The notes beneath the pieces are model-generated. The model saw only the letters and a program-made list of their open reading frames with translations. It had not been told where the DNA came from and did no database searches. A DNA stretch of 63,964 nucleotides, counting the filler, from Octopus bimaculoides (Eukaryota): the NCBI RefSeq assembly GCF_001194135.2. It is 6 parts of 5 records of this genome, joined end to end, with 100 filler letters (N's around TTAATTAATTAA, not from the genome) between each part and the next. Parts side by side here need not be neighbours in the genome. Positions count along the whole stretch, not along the records: positions 13,349 to 39,604 come from NC_068984.1; 5 more parts are not named here. One strand, given 5' to 3'. Position numbers and translations under genes: made by a program. Positions 27,891 through 38,406 of the stretch are shown here, in pieces; the stretch's first letter is position 1, and the number at the start of each line of letters is the position of its first letter.

Positions 27891-28122
27891 TATTGGGTTG
27901 TCCGGAAAGTTCGTGCCGATTTTTAAAGGAAAGAAAAAGGTCAATAAATACTTGCCATTACATTTTTAATCAACCAAATATGAACCATTTTGTTGCACAA
28001 TGCGTCTTCATCTTTCCTTTAACTTGAAAATACCCTCTTCCCAGAATTGAGGTGGTTTCATGGCAAATAAGTCGAAAGGTAAGCTGCTATAAATTGGCAT
28101 GAACTTTCCAGACAACCCAATA
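27891..28122. mobile_element. Mariner-type MITE, second copy
   Basis: Close match to 16872-17103, with TIRs. Confidence 0.8.
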
Positions 28123-29534
28123 ATATTGCAAAATTCCAGTTTCTTTTGAGTACCCCCTCTTAAACTGAGATAAAACGAAGTGAAATTGGTTTAAATTCGT
28201 GTGTTTTAGTTATAAATGTGTAAGTGAGAAATTAGCAAATTCTATGATATCATATATAATGGATACCCGAAAATCTCCCAAATCTGAACACCTTCTCTGT
28301 GGACGAAGTCCCCCATGTGAAAAATTCCTGAAAAGTTTTGCTTGGCTGTGTGGTAAGAAGCTTGTTTCCCAACAATATGGTTCCGTGACACCTTGTACAA
28401 GTGTATTTTACTATAGCCTCGGGCTGACTAAAGCCTTGTGAATGGATCTGGTAGACTGAAACTGAAAGAAACCTGTCATGTGTGTGTGTGTGTGTACTTA
28501 CCCCTCCCCATCACTTGACAACCAATGTTGTGTTTACTTTTGTGTTACTTAGCAGTTCAGCAAAAGAGACCAATAGAATAAGTACTAGGCTTAGAAAGAA
28601 TAAGTCCTGGGGTTGATTTCTTTGACTAAAAAGACACTTTAAGGCAGTGCTCCAGTATGACCGCAGTCAAATAACAGAAACAAGTAAAAGAATAAAAGAA
28701 AAGAATGCATGTGTGTGTGTGTCACCACCACCGCTCAACAACCAGTGCTGGTATGTCTACATCTCTGTAACTTAGCAGTTCGGTACAAGAGGCCGATAGA
28801 ATAAGTACCAGGCTTTAAAAATTAATTTCTGGGTTCTATTTATTGGACTAAAACTCTTGAAGGTGGTGCTCCAGCATGGCCACAGACTAATGACTAAAAC
28901 AATTAAAAATAATGAATGTAAGTGAATAATGAGGGTAGATTTGGGTTCTAAATCTAAGAAGTCTAACTTTGTAGATGCAAATATGCACACATTCAACTCC
29001 AGGAATCGAATTCACTACCTCAAGATTGTGAGTCTGACGCCCTAACCACTCAGCCATCCACCTTCACAACCTGGATTTTTTGAAATTTCAGCATGTACTA
29101 TCCATTTTCGTCCTGTCTGTCACTTTCTTTCCTCTATTATTTCACCCACAATTCAATCTCTTGGTCACAGACTATATTCAGCCAGTACATGAAACTTCAT
29201 GTACCTTCTCTAAAGGCTGGAATGTTCTCCAAAACTTCACAATAAGCACAAGGCAGGGAGATCCGGTACCCAGATATTGGATATCTGTGCACTGAGCAAT
29301 GTTCATAAAGAAAACAGCTTTGCTAACAGCTTCACCAACTTTCGTCATACTGATAAGAGCACTAATACTCCACGTGCAACAATATGATAGCCAGAGTACT
29401 TTGATATTGTTGAATTTGAATTGATATTGTCTGCTTTGATGTAGTATTTCTCGGTCATACATTGTGGACATTAGTTCATAACTGAATGGCTTCTTGACTC
29501 AACTATGAAATATTTCATACAAAAATTCTGAATA

Positions 29535-29574
<40 letters not shown>

Positions 29575-29588
29575 GCTGTACGTATTAG

Positions 29589-29971
29589 TTGTTGGCACTC
29601 CGTCGCTTACGACGTCAGGGGTTCCAGTTGATCCGATCAACGGAACAGCCTGCTCGTGAAATTAACGTGCAAGTGGCTGAGCACTCCACAGACACATGTA
29701 CCCTTAGCGTAGTTCTCTGGGATATTTAGCGTGACACAGTGTGACAAGGCTGACCCTTTGAATTACAGGCACAACACAAACAGGAAGAAAGAGTGAGAGA
29801 AAGTTGTGGCAAAAGAGTACAGCAGGGTTCGCCACCATCCCCTGCCGGAGCCTCGTGGAGCTTTAGGTGTTTTCGCTCAATAGACACTTACAACGCCTGG
29901 TCTGGGAATCGAAACCGCGATCCTATGACCGTGAGTTCGCTGCCCTAACCACTGGGCCATTGCGCCTCAAT
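29589..29971 (-). mobile_element. Full-length tRNA-derived SINE with 12-bp TSD
   Basis: TSD tgtacgtattag at 29577-29588 and 29972-29983. Minus-strand head ggcgcaatggcccagtggttagggc with B-box ggtttcgattcc. Confidence 0.85.
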
Positions 29972-30476
29972 TGTACGTATTAGAAAAAGGTACTTATGTG
30001 CCTCCTTTGCTCATCACTGAATCTGATTTTAAATCTGCTTTCATTCATACCAATGCAGGTTTTCTCTACCTGCCCCGTCCAGTAAGAATGTGCGTTTACT
30101 TCTGTAACTAAAAGTTGTCATTAAGCATTTATCTATAAGATGATATTACTTTACGCGCATGCAGTTCCATATGCTTGCTGGTGTGTAACTAAACAAATTT
30201 TTCCTGAAGATTAACTTTTATGACACTAACGACGGTTTTAATATAATTGTTGTTGACCTTGATGCTATTTCTAGTAAAAAAAAAATTAATGTAATTATCC
30301 AACCAAATCAGCATGACATGTTGAGACAAGAGTTTGGGCCTTTGAATTACAGGAACAGTTTATGATGATGATGATGATGATTATAACAAAAACAGCAACA
30401 ATATCAACAACAATGACAATAACAGCAATGACAGCAACAACAAAAACAATAACAATAATAATAATAATAATAATAA

Positions 30477-30950
30477 TCCTTTCTACTATAGGCACAAGGT
30501 CTGGATTTTTGTAGGGAGGGGGACAATCGATCACATCAACCACAATACATGACTGGTACTTAATTTATTGACGCCCAAAAGGATGAAAGGCAAAGTCGAC
30601 CTCAGCGGAATTTGAACTCAGAATGTAGTGACAGACAAAATACCACTCAGCATTTCACCCAGCTTGTTAAAGATTCTGCAAACTCGCCGCCATAAAAAAT
30701 AAGTAACGTTGACTAATAATAATAGTAATAATCATCCTTTCTACTAAAGGTACAAGGCCTGAAATTTGGGTGAGGGGACTATTCAATTACATCGATCCCC
30801 AGTGTTTCACTGGTACTTAATTTATTGACACCGAAAGGATGAAAGGTGATATCGACATCAGTGGAATTTGAACTCTGAACTTAAAGACGTACAAAATGCC
30901 GCTATGCATTTTGCCTGGCTTGCTAATGATTCTGCCAGCTCACTGCCTTT
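30477..30950 (-). mobile_element. Two tandem family-B SINEs with (TTA)n tails
   Basis: Both start on + with (aat)n-tcctttctact and carry aaaggcaaagtcgacctc..ggaatttgaactc. Similar copies at 33367-33578, 55090-55320 and 57365-57592. Confidence 0.75.
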
Positions 30951-31011
30951 AGTAATAATAACAATAATAATGATGATGATGATGATAATAATAATAATAA
31001 TAATAATAATA

Positions 31012-31436
31012 ATGGCCAATAGGCCAGATATAGTTGTCAAAGATCATGAAGGAAAAAATGCTTTCTAATTGATGTATCAATACCAGCAGATGACAACGTT
31101 TCCCTAAAATAAATGGAGAAACTTTCAAAATACAAAGACCTGGAAATAGAGGTAACTCAAATGTGGAATCTAAAAACAGAAATAATTCCTATCATAGTAG
31201 GTGCCTTAGGTATAATAAAAAAATATTCAGACAAATACATAACAAAAACACCAGGACTTACAAATATATATAACATACAGAAAATTGCACTACTGGGCAC
31301 AGCACACATCCTACACAAAACACTTTCAATACGGTAACCATAAGAACATCACAGAAAACCACAGCACATACCCAAGGCACACAGAGCTGCGCTCGGTAGT
31401 GAAGTGAAAGCACGTTATAAAAATAGAACTACTGAA
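31012..31436 (+). mobile_element. Short 3' fragment of an R4/Dong-type (REL endonuclease) non-LTR element
   Basis: NRPDIVVKD...LIDVSIPAD..V..K.MEKLSKYKDLEIEV..MW...IVGALG...QKIALLGTAHIL. Flanked by (AAT)n. Confidence 0.85.
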
Positions 31437-31467
31437 AAATAATAATAACAATAACGATAATGATAAT

Positions 31468-33325
31468 GAAGTAAAAGCTAAAAAGAAAAATCTTACACTA
31501 GCATGGATAGATTATAAGAAAGCCTATGACATGATCCCACGCTCATGGATAAGTAAATGTTTGAGTATATTCAGTATAGCAGACAACATAAGAGAATTAA
31601 TTAGCTTTAGCACGAAGAAATGGAAAGTAGATCTCTACTCAGGTGACACACTCTTAGGGAAAGTTAATATCAAAAGAGAAATTTTCCAAGTGGACTCGTT
31701 GTCTCCTTTAATATTTGTCTTTTGTTTGATCCCCCTCAGATTAGTATTGAGGAAGGCAAAGGCAGGGTACCAGTTCAGAAATAGTAATGGAAAAATTAGT
31801 CATTTGCTCTACATGGATGATCTGAAGCTTTTTAGTAAGAATGAAAAAGAGGTAGATTCCTTAATACTGACTGTAAGACTCTTCAGCAAAGATATAGATA
31901 AGTGTGCAATATTAGTCATGACAAAGGGAGAGTCAACAGCGAAAGCATCCAATTACCATATGGCCAGACATTACCAGATTACCAGATGGCCAGACAGTAA
32001 AATCATTGAAAGCAGGAGAGTTATAAGTGTCTAGGAGTATTAGAACCTGACAGAGTACTAACTACAGAAATGAAAAACGAAAATTGAGGAAGCTAATGAA
32101 GTTAAAGCTAAATGGTCCTAATCTAGTGAAGGCTATAAATATTTGGTCAGTATCATTACTTAGATACTCAGCAGCTTTTGTAGATTGGACAAAAACTGAA
32201 TTAGCAAAGCTAGACAGAAGAACTAGGAAGGAATTCAGTATAAATGGAGTAGTCTACCCAAGGACAGGAGTAACAAGATTATACCTACCTAGAAGGGAAG
32301 GCAGAAGAGGGTTAATATCAGTAGAAGACTGCGTGGAGTTAGCTAGAGTAGATATAGATTCCTATGGAGGTAATAGGGAAGAAAGTTTGTTAAAAGGTGC
32401 TACAGTCACAGCAAGACATAAGGAAACCAAAAACCCAAATGAAGTTAAAGACCAGAAAAGAAAAAAACAATAGAAATTATGTGACTAGCTGGAGAATGCG
32501 TTGCATGGTAGATTCCCAAAGTTAGTTGCAGCAAATAGTAGTAGTGAGACATGGTTATGGTTGCAGAAAGGAAAGTTGAAGAGGGAGACATAAAGTTTGT
32601 TAGTAGCTGCACAAGATCAAGCATTAAAGACTAATTGGATAAAAGCCAAGATAGATACAATCCAAGTACATTCCCAATGTAGATTATGCAAATCAAAAGA
32701 GGAAATCGTTACTCATATAGTAAGTGAATGTTATATGCTGGCACAGAAAGAATACAAGAAAAGACATGACAATCTAGGGAGAGCAATCCACTGGGAGCTA
32801 TGTAAAAAGCTGGGATTTGAACATACTGATAAATGGTATGAACATGGACCTAATAAAGTACTAGAAAGTAAGAAGTAAAAGATGTTGTGGGACTTTAACA
32901 TTCAGACTGACACAGTAATAGAAGCTAGAAGGCCTGATTTGGTAGTAGTGGATAAAAAGAATAGAAAGTGCCAGATAATTGACTTTACAGTCCCAAATGA
33001 GGAAAAAATTAATATGAGAGGTATAGAAAAAATAGCAAAGTATCAGGGCCAAGCCATTGAATTACAGAGGATATGGAAAGTGCAGGTAAAATGTATTCCA
33101 GTAGTTGTAGGTGCATTAGGAGCTGAAATAGGCATGCCCAGTTTAGTATAGCTCCAGAAAACAGTGTTACTAGGGGAAGCTAGGATACTTAGGAGGGTTT
33201 TTGCATCAAAGGTTATTTGCTGTAACCCAATAGGAGGGTTCTTGGCATCTAAGGCTACTTGTTGTATCCTGATGTTAGGATTCTTTTCTTTTCCAACAGA
33301 CTAATCTGTTGAGTATGTACAAAAA
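31468..33325 (+). mobile_element. 5'-truncated R4/Dong-type non-LTR retrotransposon (RT, CCHC, REL), decayed
   Basis: KNLTLAWIDYKKAYDMIP, IFQVDSLSPL, HLLYMDDLKLF, CRLCKSKEEIVTHIVSEC, RHD and RRPDLVVVDKK..CQIIDF motifs. Several stops and frameshifts. (AAT)n on both sides. Confidence 0.92.
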
Positions 33326-33904
33326 TAATGATAATAATGATGATGATGATGATAATAATAATAATAATCCTTTCTACTATAGGCACAAAGCCTGAAATTT
33401 GGGGGAAGGGGCTAGTCGATTATATTGACCTCAGTGTTTCACTGATACTTAATTCTATCAACCCCGAAAGAATGAAAGGCAAAGTTGACCTCTGCAGAAT
33501 TTGAACTCAGAATGTGGTGGCAGACGAAATACCGCTAATCATTTTGTTCAGTGTGCTAATGATTCTACCAGCTCACCATAATAACAACAACAATAATAAT
33601 AATCATAATAATAATATCTTTTTTATTAACCACGAAGGGTTCACAAAAATATTGGGAATAGTACAGAATCGTAATCTGCATTACCTCCAGCTCTTTACAT
33701 TCTGACTGAAATTCCGTTGAGGCCGAATTTACTTTTCATTCTTTTGAGATCGATAAAATAAAGTCCTAGTTGAGTATTGAAGTCGATGTAATTGACTTGC
33801 ACCCCCACTACTCAAAATGGATGACCTTGTACCAAAATTTAAAAGAAGAGCAGCAAACTGGTACAATCTTTAGCACGTAGGGCTAATTGAAAAGCAGCAT
33901 TCTT

Positions 33905-34375
33905 GTTCTGAGTTCAAATCATTTTCTGAACAATATTTTGTTCTGAGCTCAAATCATATTCTGAGCAGCATTTTGTTCTGAGCTTAAATCATGTTCTGAG
34001 TGGCATCTTGTTCTGAGCTTAAATCATATTTTGAGTAGCATTTTGTTCTGAGCTCAAATCATGTTCTGAGCAGCATTTTGTTCTGAGCTTAAATCATGTT
34101 CTGAGCTTAAATCATATTCTGAGCGGCATTTTGTTCTGAGCTCAAATCATTCTGAGCAGCATTTTGTTCTGAGCTTAAATCATGTTCTGAATGGCATTTT
34201 GTTCTGAGCTCAAATCATATTCTGAGCGGCATTTTGTTCTGAGCGGCATTTTGTTCTGAGCTCAAATCATATTCTGAGCGGCATTTTGTTCTGAGCTCAA
34301 ATCATATTCTGAGTGGCATTTTGTTCTGAGCTCAAATCATGTTCTGAGCAGTATTTTGTTCTGAACTCAAATCAC
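33905..34375 (+). repeat. About 35-bp minisatellite (roughly 13 units) inside a family-B SINE
   Basis: Unit gttctgagctcaaatcatattctgagcagcatttt. Preceded by a SINE head and followed by ccgaggtcaactttgcc. Confidence 0.85.
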
Positions 34376-35418
34376 ACCGAGGTCAACTTTGCCATTCGTC
34401 CTTTCCGCCTAGATTAAAATAAGCATTAGCTTATCATTAGAGTTGATATAATTGACTAAACTACTCTCCATCACAAAAAAAAAAGAAAAAAAAACAAAAA
34501 ACTTCTAGCCTTGTGCCAGAAATTAGAAAGAATGATATTAACAGCATTATATCAAGTTCATCAGTATGGAGTAAATAAAGAAACGAGCAGGAACAGAGGA
34601 GAAAATAAAATAAAATAAAAATAACGATAAAAATAAAATAAAATGCAAAATAATACAGAAATAACACATTTAAGCAAATAAAAATGAAAGATAACAAAAG
34701 AAAGCGAGAAGCATGAAATAATGATAAAATCTAAGATGAAAATAATTTTGATTCTCTTATTATATCCTTTGTCCTTTTCAAAGACTAGACATTTGATTCA
34801 GGTCATTAACAATGCATATCTCCGCCCGTTCCTATGCTTCCTCCTTTCATTTATTTATCTATTTATTTATTTATTTATTTATTTACTTATTTATTAGTTT
34901 GTTTGTTCATTGTCCACTGTGTGGCACCTTGGACAAGCACTTTCTACTCATAGCTCCGGCTTGACCCAAAAACCTTGTGAGTGGATTTGGATTTGGATTT
35001 GGTAGACGGAAATTGAATGAAGCCCACTGTATATATATATATATATATATACATATATGTGTGTGTGTGTGTGTGTATGTGAGTGGAGAGAGAGAGAAAG
35101 AAAGACAGAGAGAGAAAGGGTTTTTACACATGGCATTTAAATGAGATGAAAGTGTGTAATTTGGAGAATATATTCAGGTCGTATTATTTTTGTTGTATTC
35201 CCAAAATGGTCTCTTTCCAAGAGACTTCTGGAATATACAAATGTATAAGGTGTGGCTGTGTGGTTAAGAAAATTGCTTCCCTGCAATTTGGATTCAATCC
35301 CACTCTGCAGCACCTTGGGCAAGTGTTCTCTACTTTAGCCTTGAGGCAACCAAAGCCTTGTGAGTGGGTTTGGTAGAGGGAAACTAAAATATATGTTGTG
35401 TATATATATATGTACATG

Positions 35419-35583
35419 GGCGCAGGAGTGGCTGTGTGGTAAGTAGCTTGCTTACCAACCACATGGTTCCGGGTTCAGTCCCACTGCATGGCACCTTGGG
35501 CAAGTGTCTTCTACTATAGCCTCGGGCCGACCAAAGCCTTGTGAGTGGATTTGGTAGACAGAAACTGAAAGAAGCCTGTCGTA

Positions 35584-35626
<43 letters not shown>

Positions 35627-35840
35627 TTGTGTGTCTGTGTTTGTCCCCCAACCATTGCTTGACAACTGATGCTGGTGTGTTTACGTCCCCGTAACTTAGT
35701 GGTTCGGCAAAAGAGACCGATAGAATAAGTACTAGGCTAACAAAGAATAAGTCCTGGGGTTGATCTGCTCGACTAAAGGCGGCGCTTCAGCATGGCCGCA
35801 GTCAAATGACTGAAACAAGTAAAAGAATACAAGAGTAAAA
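35419..35840 (+). mobile_element. Full-length tRNA-derived SINE (family A) with internal (TA)n/(TG)n
   Basis: Head ggcgcaggagtggctgtgtggtaag, B-box gggttcagtcc, (AAAAGAGT) tail. Close copies at 55898-56291 and 39470-39604. Confidence 0.85.
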
Positions 35841-36180
35841 GCGTATGTGTGTGTGTGTGTGTGTGAGTGTGTCTTTTTGATGCATTTGTCCCCAACCACT
35901 ACTCGACTATCAATGATGGTTTGTTTTCATCCTTCAAAGTTAACAGTTCAGCAAAAGAGACTGATAAAATAAATACTAGTCTTTAAAGAAATTAGTAATG
36001 GGGTCGATTTTTTTCCAACTAAACCTTTCAAAGCAGTACCGCAGTATAGCGACAGTCCATCGAAAGAAGTAAAAGTTATTCCAGCAAGAACAATGGAGAA
36101 AATGGAAAACTATTGCCAAAGGTTTATAAAGTTTTGCACATTGAGATTATTTAGTGTGTTTTGCAACTGCCTGCACTCAC

Positions 36181-36304
36181 AGAAGTGTTTGAAATTGTAA
36201 AATAGCACTGACGTACTTATTAAGAGGATTCAAAGAATATGATTGTCCATGCATGCTATCAAAGTGTTTGGTCAGAAAAGCAAGAGATATACAAAGTGAT
36301 GTAG
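36181..36304 (-). CDS. Candidate orphan gene exon (signal-peptide-like)
   Basis: Acceptor ttttactttcaag and donor CT|gtgagt. 124 nt, open in phase 1 to 2: (A)TSLCISLAFLTKHFDSMHGQSYSLNPLNKYVSAILQFQTL. Confidence 0.55.
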
Positions 36305-36569
36305 CTTGAAAGTAAAATGTATATACATCAAAGTCAACAGGGTATCGGACAATAATAAGTCAAAAGCTTAGTATTTAATTTTGTATGCCACAATTTGATT
36401 GTTCTTATATGAAACAGATTTTTTATAAGATATTGAAGAGAAAGAAGTAGATACTCTTAATTCCTTGGAAAAGTTACAGCCAAAGGGACTCAAGGAATTT
36501 TGAATGTGAACCAGCACTGTTCCTTTAGGGGAGGTAAATTTATGAACTGTTGGTACATATATATCTTTG

Positions 36570-36610
<41 letters not shown>

Positions 36611-36615
36611 TTATA

Positions 36616-37188
36616 CAGACATGCAGAAATTAAATAGACACCTTTAGTTTTCAAAATTTCCGATCTAAGTGTCTTAATATGCTTTCAGTGGTGTAGAATT
36701 TACAATGTAACTATTCTTTTTCATTCCAAGTACCATTATATTTAACATTTACGAAGAGTAACTGTGCCATGCACAAAAAATTCAGCAGAACTGTCAGATT
36801 TTCAGAGAGGTCGTATTGTTGGGAAATCTGAGGCTGGTCTTAGCCAGCGAAAAATTGCCGAAAAATCTTCCAATTCCTCTTGCTACTCTTAATCGAATTA
36901 TAGTGCAATTCAAAAGCCAAGGAAAAGAATCAACAGATTCTTGTCCCGGCCAGCTTGGGCCCTCAGAAAGGAAGCTTCGCTGTTTGAAGAGAATTGTGGA
37001 AAATGAACCCCGTTCGAAGGCTTCTGACATTGCAAAACAGCTAGAAGTTAATCCAAGAACATGTGTTACATATCTGCATAAGCTTGGGTATCATGGACAA
37101 GCAGCTAGAAGAAAACCTCCCCTTCAACCAATATATATCAAATAAATGATTTTGAAAATTAAAGGTGTCTATTTACTTCCTGCATGTC

Positions 37189-37190
<2 letters not shown>
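36616..37190 (+). mobile_element. Internally deleted Tc1-like transposon
   Basis: TIRs cagacatgcagaaattaaatagacaccttta / taaaggtgtctatttacttcctgcatgtctg. Encodes the Tc1 DNA-binding region SDFQRGRIVGKSEAGLSQRKIAEK...LHKLGYHGQAARRKP, with a frameshift. Confidence 0.85.
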
Positions 37191-37237
<47 letters not shown>

Positions 37238-37392
37238 ATGTATTTCACAGGTTCACGACTAACTGGCTTGTCATGCCGATGACCGATTAGGGGATGTCCT
37301 ATAAATACATAGAACATCTGAGATATAAGCTGGTACACGAACCAACATGATGATCCTTAAAGAGCATTGAAAAACAATTAAAGCACATACTG

Positions 37393-37427
<35 letters not shown>

Positions 37428-37428
37428 C

Positions 37429-37544
37429 ATTATAATTTAGGGTATCTAAGAGATACCACCATGCTTGAAATAGTAGTCAAGACCTCAAGGTTTTGACTGC
37501 TATTTCAAGTATGGTGATATCTCTTGGATACCCTAAATTATAAT
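37429..37544. repeat. Near-perfect palindrome (56-bp arms, 4-nt loop)
   Basis: Arms 37429-37484 and 37489-37544 differ at 5 positions. Confidence 0.9.
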
Positions 37545-37885
37545 TTTTATAATAATTATTACCTTTGAGATTTTTATTCCCATGCTGACCACCTGATAAG
37601 ATGGGTATTTTTAAATAATGATCTTATGCTTATTTATATAAATTTATATATATGTATATATACATACATATGCATGAACATGCATTTGTACGTATGTATA
37701 TATGTATTGTGCATTCCTAAAATCATAATCAATAAATTGCAATACAAATTGAAAACAGTTAACACAAGGAATATATAACAAAAATTTTATTGACATTTAG
37801 AGTCACCACAAACACCCTCATGAGGGGAATGATATAAAAAATTTAAAAAAAAAGACATTACAATAATAGTTACAGGTAGATTCAC

Positions 37886-38036
37886 CTGGAAAATACGACA
37901 ACATCGGAACTATTTGAATTGTGTTTCTGTCTTTGCGATCATCATGTAAATGGGTGACAGTTGTTCATGGAAACTGGTAATGTGGTGATATACATATAGA
38001 GACATCTATTTCATGGGAAACTGCATGATGTTGTCA
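37886..38036 (-). CDS. Candidate orphan gene, exon carrying 5'UTR and start codon (CDS 37904-37886, MLSYFP)
   Basis: Acceptor ttctttatttgcag and donor CAG|gtgaat. ATG at 37904 has an in-frame upstream TGA. Ends in phase 1, matching the next exon. Confidence 0.4.
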
Positions 38037-38058
38037 CTGCAAATAAAGAATTAAAAAA

Positions 38059-38088
<30 letters not shown>

Positions 38089-38092
<4 letters not shown>

Positions 38093-38406
38093 ATAGAAAG
38101 GATTGAGGTTACTCCTCCTGAAGGTATAGAGTCAAAATTAAAAGAAGAGTGCCATTGTTATTTAGTGAACAATATTTCGACATCTTGTGTGTTTTCAACT
38201 AGTTCAAAAAATAAATTTGTCAATCAACTTCATTTTGGTTAATATAGAAAGGATTGAAGTAACTCCTCCTGAAGATATAGAGTCAAAATTAAAAGAAGAG
38301 TGCCTTTGTTATGTAGTGAACGATATTTCGACATCTTGCGTGTCTTCAACTTGTTCAAAAAATAAATTTGTCAATCTACTTCATTTTGGTTAATATAGAA
38401 AGGATT
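38089..38406. repeat. 151-bp tandem duplication (2 units plus a partial)
   Basis: taatatagaaaggatt recurs at 38089, 38240 and 38391. Confidence 0.9.

Noticed and set aside
30051-30101. 51-nt phase 2-2 exon candidate (SKRTFLLDGAGRENLH)
   Set aside because: It creates TGA when joined to the better-supported 23744 exon.
31468-33325. RT as an active or domesticated system
   Set aside because: 5'-truncated with multiple stops and frameshifts; an ordinary dead copy.
33905-34375. CRISPR-like array
   Set aside because: The units are contiguous with no unique spacers, there are no cas genes, and the context is a eukaryotic SINE.
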